Assembly: GCA_949425635.1 (NCBI GenBank)
Contig: CASPWD010000010.1
Coordinates: forward strand, 6,194 to 70,193
From: an uncultured Bacilli bacterium
Lineage (GTDB): Bacteria; Bacillota_I; Bacilli_A; RF39; UBA660
Reading direction: 5' to 3'
DNA length: 64,000 nt
Part shown: positions 19,429 to 29,200 of the stretch, one piece after another
Position numbering within the stretch: the first letter of the stretch is position 1
Layout of the letters: the number at the start of each line of letters is the position of its first letter
Made by a program: the position numbers and the translations under genes
Notes under the pieces: model-generated
What the model was told of the DNA's origin: nothing
Seen by the model: only the letters and a program-made list of their open reading frames with translations
Database searches by the model: none

Positions 19429-20083
19429 ATCTTTCTTTAATACTATAATAATTATTATTACCAATTATGATGTGATCTAGTACTTTTATTTCTAACATTT
19501 CTCCTAATTTTACAAGTTCTTGAGTTAAATATATGTCTGATGTGCTAGGATTTACAGAACCAGCAGGATGATTGTGAACAAGGATTATTTTGGTAGCATT
19601 ACACTTTACTGCTTCTCTAAATATATCACGTGGTGTTATTGAACTTTTGTTGACTGTTCCAATGAAAAGTATTTTTTTCATTATTACATTATTTAAAGTG
19701 TCTAAATATATGGTCATAAATTGTTCTTGGAGTTTATTGCTCATTTCATAAGAGGCAATATTATAAGCATCATTGGCATTTCTAATTTTGGACTTATCAT
19801 TTTTCTCGCTTAGAATTCTTTTTCCTAATTCAATAGATGCAAGTAAAGTAATTGCTTTTACTTCACCTATTCCTTTTATACATTTTAGTGTGTTATAGTT
19901 GGTATCTTTTAAATCTTTTAATGAAATTTCTTTTAATAGATTTAAGCTAACTTCTTTAACTGATTTGCTTTTTGTACCTGTTCTTAAGAGAATGCTTATT
20001 AATTCTTCATCGCTTAAGGCTTCGGCTCCATATTTTTTAAATCGTTCACGAGGACGTGATGTTTCTGGTAGTTCTTTTATCAT
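19406..20083 (-). CDS. radC: RadC-family (JAMM-motif) protein
   Basis: MIKELPETSRPRERF, an HhH segment IKGIGEVKA, and the JAMM motif ILVHNHPAGSVNPSTSD. Confidence 0.9.
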   Translation of the reverse strand: MIKELPETSRPRERFKKYGAEALSDEELISILLRTGTKSKSVKEVSLNLLKEISLKDLKDTNYNTLKCIKGIGEVKAITLLASIELGKRILSEKNDKSKIRNANDAYNIASYEMSNKLQEQFMTIYLDTLNNVIMKKILFIGTVNKSSITPRDIFREAVKCNATKIILVHNHPAGSVNPSTSDIYLTQELVKLGEMLEIKVLDHIIIGNNNYYSIKERYGDLFAS

Positions 20084-20096
20084 GTAACTCATTATT

Positions 20097-20525
20097 TTAA
20101 TGCAACTCCTTAAATTTTTCTAGGATTTCACTATTTAAAACCACATAAGTATCACTGCTACTTTTATTTAATAACTCTTCGATTGATGAAGTTTGTTCAA
20201 TAAATTCTTTCTTCGCAGGTATTTGCTTTAAGTAATAATTGAGTCCTATTTCAGAATAGTGTTTTTTTAACTTGCTTATTACTTCTTGATTGTGAATTAT
20301 AGCTATGTAAACTCTAAATATGTCTTCGTCTTTGATGACTATACCATTATTACGGTCAGCCACTTTAAGAGCATTATCATAATTAGTGAAAGCTCCAATT
20401 TGAAAGGCACTTACAATCGTAGTATCACTTGGACTAGCTTTTACGACTATTTTATTAAATAAATAATAAGCTATTCCACCACCTAAAGAAATCGCACATA
20501 AAATAACTATTAAAGTTTTTTTCAT
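20097..20525 (-). CDS. Membrane-anchored SPOR-like domain protein
   Basis: N-terminal TM. FQIGAFTNYDNALKVA...FRVYIAIIHNQEVISKLK resembles a SPOR peptidoglycan-binding repeat. Confidence 0.4.
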   Translation of the reverse strand: MKKTLIVILCAISLGGGIAYYLFNKIVVKASPSDTTIVSAFQIGAFTNYDNALKVADRNNGIVIKDEDIFRVYIAIIHNQEVISKLKKHYSEIGLNYYLKQIPAKKEFIEQTSSIEELLNKSSSDTYVVLNSEILEKFKELH

Positions 20526-20678
20526 ATCATCACCAAATAGATATTATCATTTTGAAAAGTTATATAATGTCGATTTTATATAAAATTGTAATCCCTCTAC
20601 TTATAATTATTATCTATTGACTCCCAATTTCCTTTATTTTTTGCTAAAAAAAGAAGACTTTTTTGTCTTCTTGAAAAC

Positions 20679-21194
20679 TTAATTATTTTTAAATTGAAAT
20701 AGGATACCTAAAACAGCAATAATTACAACTATAATTAATACAACATTTGATGATAACGAAATTAAAGCTGGTAGATATGACTTTATAATAGATGCTCCTG
20801 CAATACTACTTACAACTATTAAAATAGGTTTTATGAAGAAAGTTGATAAAGCTCCTATTAGTAGTGAAATACCACCTTGTACTATTAAAGCAACACCACT
20901 TTCTAAGCCTGTAATGTAAGGACCTATTGTCTTAAAAGTCAAATAAGATACTGCAATAAATAAAGCTAATTTTTCTAATTTAAAGCCAATACTTCCTACA
21001 ATAAAGCCAACTATAATTTCGACTATAATTAGCATTTGATTATTATCAATAAAATAACTACCTAGGTATTTAGCTAAAGCAGCACCTATGACAAACCATA
21101 CTAAGGTAATAAGGATTTTTTGAATCTTAAATCCTCCAAAACACATAACTAAACCGATTAGAATTGCTATGATAGCTGATATTTCTGGGCTCAT
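20679..21194 (-). CDS. Polytopic membrane protein (about 5 TM), function unknown
   Basis: Hydrophobic throughout. It starts 2 nt after the ATPase stop, suggesting co-transcription. Confidence 0.55.
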   Translation of the reverse strand: MSPEISAIIAILIGLVMCFGGFKIQKILITLVWFVIGAALAKYLGSYFIDNNQMLIIVEIIVGFIVGSIGFKLEKLALFIAVSYLTFKTIGPYITGLESGVALIVQGGISLLIGALSTFFIKPILIVVSSIAGASIIKSYLPALISLSSNVVLIIVVIIAVLGILFQFKNN

Positions 21195-21195
21195 A

Positions 21196-23799
21196 CTAAA
21201 CCTTCTTTCTTAACTTATAAATTAGTTTATAAATTTCATAAACAACAATTATAATAAATGATAATAATAATATTTTAGCAACGGTTACCATTGGTAATGG
21301 TGTTACCTTTAAGAACATAGCTGTAACTGGAATTTCAGCTAATATTATTTGAAGCAATATTGATCCTATTACTGTTACAATAACAAATGGATTATCAAGT
21401 AATGATTCTTTGAAAACAGTTCTTTTTTCGCTTCGACAATTTAGAACATTAATATTTTGAATGAATACCATAAGCATCATAATTACAGCTCTTGCAGTAA
21501 CAATATCAGTTCCTTTATCCATCATAAATTTCCATGTTCCAAATACTACTGCACTTATAGCAATTCCTAAGATACTAACTTCTATCATTAAGTCTTTAGA
21601 GAATAATGATTCTTTTGTATCTCGTGGTTTTTCTTTCATAATATTATCTTCGGCTTTTTCAAACGATAATGCTACATCTTGTAAGCCGTCTGTTACAATG
21701 TTTAGCCATAATAATTGAATTGCAACTAATGGGATATCGTATCCAAAGGCAATTGATAGTAAGAAGAAGCAAACCTCTGCAAATCCACATCCTAGTAAGA
21801 AAAGCGTAATTTTACGAATATTACTATAAGCTGTACGACCTTCTTTAACACCTGAAACAATTGATGTGAAATTATCATCTGTAACTATCATGGAAGCAGT
21901 TTCTTTAGCAACGTCTGTTCCGCTACCCATAGCTATACCAATGTTAGCAGCACGAATAGCTGGAGCATCATTTACACCATCTCCTGTTACAGCAACAAAC
22001 TCACCTTGTCTTTTAAAGGATTCGACAATATCTAATTTATCCATTGGAGTTACACGTGAAAATACTCTAATACAACTAACGAATTTATCGAATTCTTTTT
22101 CACCTAAATTACGATATTTTTCTATATCTTTACCAGTAGCAACTTCATTTTTATTAGCACATAAACCTAAATCTTTAGCAATTGCGAAGGCAGTTAGAGG
22201 GTGATCGCCTGTTACCATAACTACTTTAATTCCAGCATTGCTACACTCTTTTAAAGAATCTTTAACTTCTTTTCTTATTGGGTCAATAAATGCTACCATT
22301 CCAATGAAATCTAGGTTCTTAATATCTGTTTTATTTGTTCCTTTTACTTTACCATCAGCTATAGCAATTACTCTGTAGCCACGACTTGTTAAGTCTTCAT
22401 TTTGTTCGAAATATAATTTGTTTTCTTCTGAGAATTCCATTACTTTTTCTAAAGAGCCTTTTACAGTACAATAAGTTTCTCCATCACGCTCATAGAAAAC
22501 AGCTGAGTATTGGTTTTCTGATTCATAAGGAATACTTTCAATAACTTTTGGTTTATTTTTAATTTTTAATTTTTCTGCTAAACTAAGGAATGCAATATCG
22601 ATTGAATCACCAAATGATTCCCATTTATCTTTTTTCTTTTCTAAATGTGCTTCATTATTTATTGCCCCTAGCATCGCAATATATTCAGCATTTTTTATAT
22701 CTGCTCCATTTGATGGAACTACTTTTCCATCCCCATTATAGCCAGTTCCTGTTATTTCATAAATGCTACCATCTTTTAAAATAATTTCTTTGGCTGTTTG
22801 CTCATTTACTGTTAATGTTCCTGTTTTATCTGAAGCAATTACTGTGCAACTACCAAGAGACTCTACTGCATTTAATTTTTTTACAATAACATTTTTCTTT
22901 GCCATTCTTTTTGATGCAATAGTTAAAGCCATTGTTAATGCTAAAGGTAGGCCTTCTGGCATAGCTGAAACAGAAAGAGCTATAACACATAAGAATATTT
23001 CGCTTATAGGATATCCTTTTACTAATAATACTATTGTTGTTATTATGGCAACAATTACAATAATAATACTTATTTGTTTTGAAAATTTTTCTATTCTAAT
23101 AGTTAGTGGAGATTTTTCTTCTTTAGTATTAGTAACCTTATCAGCAATACGACCTATTTCAGTATTTATTGCTGTTGCAACAACAACTGCTTTGGCACGA
23201 CCAGTTGTAACTGAAGTTCCAGCATAAATCATATTTTTGCGATCTGCTAAAGAGATGTCTTCTTCTAATGTATTGCTATTTTTATAGACATTTAAACTCT
23301 CCCCTGTTAATGCGGATTCGTCAACTTGGAAGTTATGACATTCGATAATACGTGCGTCGGCACTTATTTTGTCACCACTTTCAAGAACTAGTATGTCTCC
23401 TACAACAACATCACTAGAATCGATAATTATTTCTTTACCATCTCTAATAACTTTAGACGTTGCTTTTATCATATTTACTAATGCATCCGCATCACGTCTT
23501 GCTTTCCACTCTTCATATGTACCCATTACTACATCTACTAATATAATAAATATTAAAGCTATGGCGTCTATTACTTCTCCAGCAATAAAGGATAAAATAA
23601 CAGTTACTACTAAGATAATTTCAATAGGATTTTCGAATTGCGAAATAAAAAGTTTTAGAATACTATCTTGTTTCTTTTTAGGTAGTTCGTTTTTTCCATA
23701 TTTTTCTAAATTATTTTTTGCTTGCTCTGTACTTAATCCTTTTGTAGTAGATTCAAAATATTTTAAGACATCGTCTATGTCTTTGTTATAAAATTTCAT
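21196..23799 (-). CDS. P-type cation-transporting ATPase (P2, Ca2+/PMCA-SERCA-like)
   Basis: DKTGTLT, TGES, PEGLP, MVTGDH and TGDGVNDAPA motifs are all present. Start taken at MKFYNKDIDDV. Confidence 0.9.
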   Translation of the reverse strand: MKFYNKDIDDVLKYFESTTKGLSTEQAKNNLEKYGKNELPKKKQDSILKLFISQFENPIEIILVVTVILSFIAGEVIDAIALIFIILVDVVMGTYEEWKARRDADALVNMIKATSKVIRDGKEIIIDSSDVVVGDILVLESGDKISADARIIECHNFQVDESALTGESLNVYKNSNTLEEDISLADRKNMIYAGTSVTTGRAKAVVVATAINTEIGRIADKVTNTKEEKSPLTIRIEKFSKQISIIIVIVAIITTIVLLVKGYPISEIFLCVIALSVSAMPEGLPLALTMALTIASKRMAKKNVIVKKLNAVESLGSCTVIASDKTGTLTVNEQTAKEIILKDGSIYEITGTGYNGDGKVVPSNGADIKNAEYIAMLGAINNEAHLEKKKDKWESFGDSIDIAFLSLAEKLKIKNKPKVIESIPYESENQYSAVFYERDGETYCTVKGSLEKVMEFSEENKLYFEQNEDLTSRGYRVIAIADGKVKGTNKTDIKNLDFIGMVAFIDPIRKEVKDSLKECSNAGIKVVMVTGDHPLTAFAIAKDLGLCANKNEVATGKDIEKYRNLGEKEFDKFVSCIRVFSRVTPMDKLDIVESFKRQGEFVAVTGDGVNDAPAIRAANIGIAMGSGTDVAKETASMIVTDDNFTSIVSGVKEGRTAYSNIRKITLFLLGCGFAEVCFFLLSIAFGYDIPLVAIQLLWLNIVTDGLQDVALSFEKAEDNIMKEKPRDTKESLFSKDLMIEVSILGIAISAVVFGTWKFMMDKGTDIVTARAVIMMLMVFIQNINVLNCRSEKRTVFKESLLDNPFVIVTVIGSILLQIILAEIPVTAMFLKVTPLPMVTVAKILLLSFIIIVVYEIYKLIYKLRKKV

Positions 23800-23889
23800 A
23801 AAATCACGCACTTTCTATAATGTATTACTCTTGTATGTATTTTATCATATATAATTATTTGTTTCTATAATTTTTTGTATATATACCTT

Positions 23890-23923
23890 TTTTACAAAGA
23901 AAAAAGCCTTATTATATGGCTTT
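23890..23923 (-). terminator. Rho-independent terminator ending the surface-protein operon
   Basis: Stem aaagcc/ggcttt, then TTTTTTCTTTG on the minus strand. Confidence 0.55.
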
Positions 23924-23930
23924 CTTAAAT

Positions 23931-24018
23931 AAGTAATGTGGAATATATAACGAATTTAGTAGTAAAGTATTTGTAGTTTGATAGTTTTATTTCATGTTTA
24001 TATATTCCACGTTTACTT
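23931..24018. repeat. 20-nt inverted repeat pair about 47 nt apart, directly downstream of the 217-aa gene
   Basis: aagtaatgtggaatatataa (23931-23950) versus the reverse complement of ttatatattccacgtttactt (23998-24018). They differ only by T versus AC. Confidence 0.6.
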
Positions 24019-24025
24019 AAATTGA

Positions 24026-24679
24026 TTAAATAACTTTTCTTTTTTTATTAACAGATAGATAAAATAGTATCAGTACAAATACAATAGTTAAACTTATTAG
24101 AAGTATTTTGATGTACTCACTTTGACTATCTCCTGTATCAGGATTTATTGGTATAACTAGGTCGTTATATTCTGCAACAAATTCCCAATCTACATAAGAA
24201 TATTCATCATTCTCTGTTACATCGTATTTTTCAATTAACTTTGTATTTACGACTATCTCGCCATTCATTTTTGATTTGTATTCACCTATATAAATCGTGT
24301 TTGTTAAATCTAAATTATCATGGCTGTAATCTAATCCATCCGCAAATCCACTATATAGAAGTTCACCATTCATTGTTATTTCCATCTTTATATTCTTTAG
24401 TAAATCTGCAGCAAGTTCACTTTGTTCTCTATTCTTAACTCTCATGTATAATTTGTAATCATAGTTGCTATCATTTTCAATAGTTAATCGATCTTCATAT
24501 GATGAACCAGGTACCATATCTACATGTTTCATAAAGTATTCGTCGTCATACTTAGAGCTATCATAGTATAATCTATCTCCACTACCTGTGAAGTACAGTT
24601 TATTTTCTCTAGCACTAACTATATTCAAACTAGTAAACATTATTAGTACTAGTAATAAAGATTTTAATATTTTCTTCAT
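24026..24679 (-). CDS. TasA/camelysin-like beta-rich secreted protein with C-terminal NPDTG sortase-type sorting signal
   Basis: Sec signal ...LNIVSA|RENK. VPGSSYEDRLTIENDSNYDYKLYMRV resembles the TasA PGD...N.G strand pattern. The C-terminus is NPDTG-DSQSEYIK-(19 hydrophobic residues)-NKKRKVI. Confidence 0.6.
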   Translation of the reverse strand: MKKILKSLLLVLIMFTSLNIVSARENKLYFTGSGDRLYYDSSKYDDEYFMKHVDMVPGSSYEDRLTIENDSNYDYKLYMRVKNREQSELAADLLKNIKMEITMNGELLYSGFADGLDYSHDNLDLTNTIYIGEYKSKMNGEIVVNTKLIEKYDVTENDEYSYVDWEFVAEYNDLVIPINPDTGDSQSEYIKILLISLTIVFVLILFYLSVNKKRKVI

Positions 24680-24710
24680 AGTAAACCTCCTTTATTAGGA
24701 ATTTTCATTA

Positions 24711-25445
24711 TTAAGCAACTGGATCTATTTCAACATCTGTTACTTTGAAGAAATCTTTATAAGCATCATATTGAACAGTAGAAACTGTAATCTTTAATTC
24801 GTATTCTAATCCAGAATATCCATTGCTATCAGAACTACAAACTTCTTTTTCAGATACTTTAGTTGCTCCTGCTGGGATTTCTTCTAATGAATCAACATAA
24901 GTTACTTTTCCGTCTTCACTTGTCTTATAAGAATAAGTAGTTTTACAAAGATTATTAGTGTTAGCTAATTCATTGTTTAATGTTACTGATTCTAAGTGTT
25001 GAATTGATTCTCCTTTTGCTAAAGCTTTATTGTAGTAGTAAACATTGTCTTTAATAATCCAATTAGCAGCATATTCCTTGTTTAAATTTTTAATTACAAC
25101 ATCTTCGTCTTTACCATCAACTTTTATTTTACCAGTTTTTTCAACTTTTGCGCCTCTTGAACCATCAGCATTGATTTCATACCAAGATTCTTCCATTTCA
25201 ATACGTACTGCAACAGGTACATTACCAGTGTTTGTTACATGTATTGCTTTATCAACTGTTGATCCAGGTTTCCAATCTTCTCCATCTTCTGGATTAAAGA
25301 ACTCTTCAATTTCAGTTTTGTAAACATCTGTTTTGAAAATATTTGGGAATTCTTTAACACTAGTGAAGTATGCAATTGTTCCTCCTACTACTCCTACAAT
25401 AGCAAGTAAAGCTATTGCAACTATTGGCATTTTTTTGTTTTTCAT
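24711..25445 (-). CDS. TasA/CalY/BsaA-like exported protein with SipW-cognate-type signal peptide
   Basis: The N-terminus MKNKKMPIVAIALLAIVGVVGGTIAYFTSVKEFPNIF resembles TasA ...GGGTWAAFND. It also has KPGSTVDKAIHVTNTGNVPVAVRIEMEESW. Confidence 0.65.
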   Translation of the reverse strand: MKNKKMPIVAIALLAIVGVVGGTIAYFTSVKEFPNIFKTDVYKTEIEEFFNPEDGEDWKPGSTVDKAIHVTNTGNVPVAVRIEMEESWYEINADGSRGAKVEKTGKIKVDGKDEDVVIKNLNKEYAANWIIKDNVYYYNKALAKGESIQHLESVTLNNELANTNNLCKTTYSYKTSEDGKVTYVDSLEEIPAGATKVSEKEVCSSDSNGYSGLEYELKITVSTVQYDAYKDFFKVTDVEIDPVA

Positions 25446-25546
25446 TATTCTCTACTTCCTTCCTTTTTCTATCTATATCAAAATCTAACACTACCATATG
25501 CTAAACTTTAATATCAAAATTAATATCAACCAAAACCCTTATACTT

Positions 25547-26194
25547 TTATTTTAAAGTCCATTCTACGTTGTTATCTTTATCTATACTTACAGATTCCAC
25601 AGAGTCTCCCCACAATGATTTTATTGCTTTTGGAGTAGCTTGAACTGCTTCAAAATTAAAATCTAATTCATACATTGCTTGTAAATAATCATCAAACTTA
25701 GGAGATGTCTTAACATCATCATTTAAATAAATTGATTCTAATATTTGAACACGTTCATTAGAACTACCTGCTTCTGTTAGTACTCTTTTATAGTAATACC
25801 AACCATCGTTACCTAATTCGAACTCTTTTAGCCATGCTTCTGTCCAACCTTTATCAACAACATCAATGTATTCATCATTGATTTTTAATCTATTACTTAA
25901 GAAAATAATTGATTCATCTTCCTGTATTAGCTTCCACATCTCATTGTAAGAAACTCTTAATACAACAGGTGTTTCATCTTTATTAACAATACTAACTTGT
26001 TTTACTCCCCAAGTTCCATTAAACACTTCTTCTATTTGAACATCGTAGTTAGCAACATTAAACTTATTATTAAAAGCATAACTATTACTAAAGAATGCCC
26101 AAGTAAAACCAATTACAAAAACAAGAGAAAGAGCAATTATAAGTAATATTTTTTTGCTTTTTATTTTACGTAATAAATTATCATATTTATTCAT
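25547..26194 (-). CDS. TasA/CalY/BsaA-like exported protein with SipW-cognate-type signal peptide (paralogue)
   Basis: N-terminus ...LSLVFVIGFTWAFFSNSYAFNNKF, plus KQVSIVNKDETPVVLRVSYNEMW. Confidence 0.65.
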   Translation of the reverse strand: MNKYDNLLRKIKSKKILLIIALSLVFVIGFTWAFFSNSYAFNNKFNVANYDVQIEEVFNGTWGVKQVSIVNKDETPVVLRVSYNEMWKLIQEDESIIFLSNRLKINDEYIDVVDKGWTEAWLKEFELGNDGWYYYKRVLTEAGSSNERVQILESIYLNDDVKTSPKFDDYLQAMYELDFNFEAVQATPKAIKSLWGDSVESVSIDKDNNVEWTLK

Positions 26195-26265
26195 GAAATT
26201 CTCCTTTTACGAATTTTATTTTAAAAAACATTTATCTATCTTAAAGACTTTTATTAAAATACTAT

Positions 26266-29200
26266 TTATTCATTAGGTGGAGGTGGAATTGGATCAGAAT
26301 TCGTAATATAAGTCATTACTAGTATAATGGTATTATTGTCAGTTTTAATAACAGAACAATTATAGTTTGTATAATTTAATGGCGTAATCGTCCAACTATA
26401 ATCAGTATCTAACCCCTCCCAGTTATATGACCATTTATTTTCAGCACTTAAATCTACTGTGTCATAAATTTCTTCATTTTTCAACAAAACTATGGTAAAA
26501 ATCGCTGGCCTTTTACTTTCATTTCCTTTATCATCCCATAAAACTTTTACATTTATTTTATCATTTTGTGTTTGTTCACAGCTATCACCTGTGGAAGGTA
26601 AACATTCACCAGGCAAAAATTCAATAACAAATATATCTCCATCATGTACTTCTAATCCTGGAACTGGTGTTATGGTATCCCACTCCTTTTTGAAATTGTA
26701 ACCAATTAAAGGTGCAACTTTTGGAATTCTATCTTCTGTCAGATACGCTTTACCACTTTTATTTAAATTTCCTTCTTCATCATATAATGGTATATCTATT
26801 GATATTTCATAAGACTCCTGATAGTCGCTTGGATATACATTCTCTCCAAAAAAGAAATATCCATTTATTACTTTAAAATAAATTCTTACGGTTTCTGCTG
26901 ATGGCTCATCAGGATCTGGTATGTCTTCACCATAAGTATTAGTTATTGTAACAGTAGTACCTGATTGGGTAATAGATGAAGTATAACCATCAGGGACATC
27001 TATCTCACCAACTACCCAAGTATTTCTATTGTTAAGATTTTTCCATGTATAAGACCACTTATTATCGTTATTTAATGTAATTGGAGAACCATAAGGCTCA
27101 TCATCTCTATAAAGCTGAACACTAACACTAGCAGGTCTTTCAGCCTCAGAATCACCAATCCACACTTTTTGTATTGTTAATGAAGTATAAGATGGACCTC
27201 CTCCTGGATTATCTGGTCTTCCATTAGTAACATCTTTCACCTCATTAGAAACTCTTCCATCAGAATGATAATAACCTTTTCTATGATGTTTATTAGTAAA
27301 TTCTACAGAATATTTTTCACCTAGCTTAACTTCAATACCCTCTCCATTATCACTAATATCTCCAGTAACGCTTTCTAAAGTATATTCCTGAGGTACTACC
27401 TCTTTAATGTAATAAGTATCATCTGGTTCTAAATATAATACTTGCTCTTCATTGTTAGTTAAATTTAACCAACTATCATAACCATTATCACTTGTTATAT
27501 GAAATTGGAAAACTTTATCAGTACTATCTTCGTTTAATACCTTTTTACTAATTTTTAATTCTGGCCATATATCAAATGAAGCGGTTGCTTTATATTTTTC
27601 TTTAGCTTCTTCGCTAGTATCTAAATCATTATTATCAGCAGTAGCACCTAATATTTCAACCATATTAACAATGGTTCCTATATCATTTTCTGCTACTTCA
27701 TAAGTAGCTTTAACAATAACACTACCTTTAGCAGGAATGCTTGGTATTTCTACTACATGAGTAGACCTAATATTATAAGTATCATTATTATTTATGAATT
27801 GAGCATTAACATTGTGTTCCTTGACAATAACATTTTTTATTTCATAATTTTCGGAATTTGTAACAATAATATTATACTCAACAATGTCACCTTTTTTATA
27901 GTAATCTTTTTTGTTGATAATTTCTTTACTGATAGATGGAGCAAATATTTTTCTTACTATTTTCCATTCTCCATAAACAATTACATTTTCTTCTGGCATT
28001 ACAAAATTATCTTCTTTATACCATCCTTGGAAATGATATCCATTACTATATTCAGTAGCTGGAATATCTTCTACTATAGGTAATTTTACTTTTTCACCTG
28101 GAGCATATGTATTATCTTTATTATTTAATTCATTTAGTATTTCTCTGTAATTAGGAGGTCTTACACCATCTTGGAAGGCGTAGGTAACTTTATATTTGAT
28201 TTTTTCCCATCTTCCTACTATTTCAACATTTTTGGATGGCATTATAAAGTCTTTATCACTAGAAATATTTACATCAGTTGTTTCCCATCCTAGGAACGTA
28301 TATCCTTTAAATACATCACCAGCATTCATACTATCCACTTTTACAGTTTCATTAGCGTAATAGCTACTTGTAAGAGGTAAAACATATCCACTAGGCTTAT
28401 CATCACCATCTATCCTATATGCCACTTCATATTTAGGTAATTCAGTAAAATAGCCTTCTAGTACGACTTCATCAGATTCATTTTCAAATGAAGGCATCGT
28501 AAATTTACCATTAGTTATTTGTAGACTTAGTGGGTCAACTATTTTCCAACCACTAAAGGTATAACCCTCTACCTTTGGCTCGAAGGCGACGTTAACTACG
28601 CTATTAGGAGCATATTCTTGAGTATCAGGAGCACTAACATTTGGAGGAACTATGGTACCATCAACTGGATTGTTTACTAATCTATATCTAACTTTATTAA
28701 CAGATGTTTTCTTTGTTTGAATCCAAGCGTGAGTCATATTAGATTTAGCCATCTGAGTACCTTCCCAAGCTGTTGCGGTATTATAAAAGTCTTTTTTATA
28801 CCCTTCAATAGTCTTTGGAGTCTTAGTTATAATTCCAACATCTAACTTACAGCCTGCTGTTAGATTTTTGATTTTAAAAGTTATTTTTCTTGTTTCTTCA
28901 TCATAATGTAGGCCATGATTATTTTTAGGGTCTGTTGAACTTCCAGAATCATTAACAACATAACCATTACACTTACCTGCAACACTGCTATCTCGTTTTG
29001 TGGCTCCAAGTACTTGGTCATCATCACCTACAAAATTAAATTTTTGAAATTCTAAGCCGTCTGGCAGAATATCTTCAACATAAATGTAACCACTCTCTAC
29101 TTTAATAATTTTTGGTTTACCATCTGTATTTAATAATTCGCTAGACTTATCACTATTTCTATCTACACCATCATAAGAAACTGATAAAGTATAAGCTAGT

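Noticed and set aside
21461-23791. Several plus-strand ORFs of 64-154 aa lie inside the P-type ATPase gene (21461-21718, 21866-22204, 22590-22784, 22763-23227, 23369-23791). Similar antisense ORFs occur inside many other genes (for example 38361-38816, 34078-34452, 15668-15994, 27757-28083).
   Set aside because: They lie entirely antisense to long, motif-rich genes. They have low-complexity S/L/I/F-rich translations typical of shadow frames in AT-rich DNA. They lack an RBS. I treat them as non-coding.
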